A stretch of DNA of 64,000 nt from Alphaproteobacteria bacterium. Lineage in GTDB: Bacteria; Pseudomonadota; Alphaproteobacteria; UBA828. The notes beneath the pieces are model-generated. The model worked only from the letters and a program-made list of their open reading frames with translations, did not search any database and was not told the origin of the DNA. Positions 62,488-64,000 of this stretch are shown here, piece after piece. The stretch's first letter is position 1. Each line of letters opens with the position of its first letter. The position numbers and the translations under genes were made by a program. The stretch is taken from the NCBI GenBank assembly GCA_965221125.1, contig CBDCRW010000006.1, forward strand, positions 256,001-320,000, in the 5' to 3' direction.

Positions 62488-64000
62488 ATGACCTACAGGG
62501 TCGGCATCGACATCGGCGGCACCTTCACCGACATCACGGTCGCCGACGAAGAGGACGGCGCCATCGAGGTCTTCAAGGCGCTGAGCGACCGGGAGGACCC
62601 GCTGCAGGGCATCCTGGGCGGGATCGCGCTGGCGTGCGAGGAGCTGGGCTGCTCCGAAGCAGCCTTCATCTCCCAGTGCAGCCGCATCGTCCACGGCACG
62701 ACCATCGGCACCAACGCCATCATCCAGCGCAACGGCCCTGTGGCCGGCCTGCTCGCGACCAGGGGATTTCGCGACGTGCTGGAGTTCATGGACGGGACCA
62801 AGCCGGAGCCCTTCAACATCCGCATGGCGCGGCCGAAGCCACTGATCCCCCGGCACCGGCGCCTCGGCATCGGCGGGCGCATCGACTATCGCGGCGAGGA
62901 GGTCGATCCGCTCGACGAGAGCGACGTGCGGGCGGCGGCGGCGCGCTTCCGCGAACAGGGCGTGAACGCGGTGGCGGTCGCCTTCCTCTGGTCGCAGGTC
63001 AATCCCGCGCACGAGCAGCGGACCCGCGCGATCCTGGCGGACGAGATGCCGGGCATTCCCGTCGTGATCAGCTCCGACATCCTGCCGCAGCTCCGCGAAT
63101 GGGACCGCACCTCGGCGACCGTGCTGAGCGCCTACACGCTGCCCCCCATCGCGGGCTACCTGGAGCGCCTGCGCGCCTGGCTGGCCGACCACGGCTTCGC
63201 CGCCGAGCCTCTCATAATCCAGTGCAACGGGGGCTGCGCGCCGATCGCCCGGATCCTGCACTACCCGGCGCGGAGCATCGGCTCCGGCCCGGCGGCGGCA
63301 CCGGCGGCGGCGGTGCAGGTGGCGAGCGAGTTTTTCGCCCGCAGCGAGATCAACGTCGTCAGCGCCGACATGGGGGGCACGAGCTTCGATGTGGGGCTCA
63401 TCCGGGGCGGGCTGCCGACGCTCACGCGCAACCTCAGGATCGCCGGAATGCCCTTGGGCTCGCTCGCGACGGACATCATCTCGATCGGCGCGGGCGGCGG
63501 CAGCATCGCCTCCATCGACGCCGGCGGCGCGCTCGCCGTGGGCCCGCAGAGCGCAGGCGCCGATCCGGGGCCGGCCTGCTACGGCCTGGGCGGAACGAGG
63601 CCGACCGTGACCGACGCCTTCGTGGCCCTCGGCTACGTCAATCCCGACGCCTTCCTCGGCGGCCGCCTCAAGCTCGACCGGGCGAAGGCGCTGGCCGCGA
63701 TCGACGAAGAGGTCGCGCAGCCGCTTGGCCTGGGGATCGTGGATGCGGCGGCCGGCATCTTCCGCCTCGCCAACTTCAAGATGGTGAAGGCCATGGCGGC
63801 GGTCTCCATCGAGCGTGGCGTCGACCCCCGCAGCACCATCCTCATCGCGGGCGGCGGCGCCGGCGGCGTGGTGGTGGGCAGCCTCGCGGACGAGTTCGGG
63901 ATCGACCGCGCCATCATCCCCCGCGTCGCCGGCGGCTACAGCGCCTTCGGCATGACCGTGGTCGACGTGACCTTCGACTACACCAGGACGTTCACGACCG
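62488..64000 (+). CDS. Hydantoinase A/oxoprolinase family protein, 3'-truncated by window edge (absent from ORF track)
   Basis: Own translation MTYRVGIDIGGTFTD...HGTTIGTN...SGPAA...DMGGTSFDV...GAGGGSIA...PGPACYG...PTVTDA. Confidence 0.92.
   Translation, partial: MTYRVGIDIGGTFTDITVADEEDGAIEVFKALSDREDPLQGILGGIALACEELGCSEAAFISQCSRIVHGTTIGTNAIIQRNGPVAGLLATRGFRDVLEFMDGTKPEPFNIRMARPKPLIPRHRRLGIGGRIDYRGEEVDPLDESDVRAAAARFREQGVNAVAVAFLWSQVNPAHEQRTRAILADEMPGIPVVISSDILPQLREWDRTSATVLSAYTLPPIAGYLERLRAWLADHGFAAEPLIIQCNGGCAPIARILHYPARSIGSGPAAAPAAAVQVASEFFARSEINVVSADMGGTSFDVGLIRGGLPTLTRNLRIAGMPLGSLATDIISIGAGGGSIASIDAGGALAVGPQSAGADPGPACYGLGGTRPTVTDAFVALGYVNPDAFLGGRLKLDRAKALAAIDEEVAQPLGLGIVDAAAGIFRLANFKMVKAMAAVSIERGVDPRSTILIAGGGAGGVVVGSLADEFGIDRAIIPRVAGGYSAFGMTVVDVTFDYTRTFTT

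Overview
High-GC alphaproteobacterial chromosome segment; taxonomy is inferred from the purL-bolA-grxD, recA-alaS and cysS-nadE gene order and a GAAC-N7-GTAC SOS box. Bases 1-16 kb are housekeeping genes (purL, bolA, grxD, rpsD, trmJ, cysS, nadE, NAPRTase, class II DAHP synthase, gor, tRNA-Ile2, recA, alaS). Bases 16-29 kb hold transporters, a small heat-shock gene with an RpoH promoter and ROSE-like hairpin, and a branched-chain-type ABC operon. At 29-31.6 kb an ISAs1-family element (29112-31201, 10-bp target duplication) encodes a transposase fused to a DUF4338/DruA-like domain. It sits inside a 10-bp-phased GGCA repeat array bounded by imperfect direct repeats, next to tRNA-Met. Bases 33-64 kb are a catabolic region: an orphan toluene-monooxygenase beta subunit heading a beta-oxidation operon, duplicated amidohydrolases, hydantoinase A/B, a divergent SdhA-like flavoprotein with a mini 2Fe-2S partner, an amidase and ABC systems. 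It also contains an AT-rich HNH nuclease gene split in frame by an IS1380 element. Two copies of an unannotated 149-bp multi-hairpin repeat with compensatory substitutions lie at 21908-22056 (+) and 57055-57203 (-). No CRISPR array, integrase or rRNA was seen. All assignments come from reading motifs by eye; no database searches were run.
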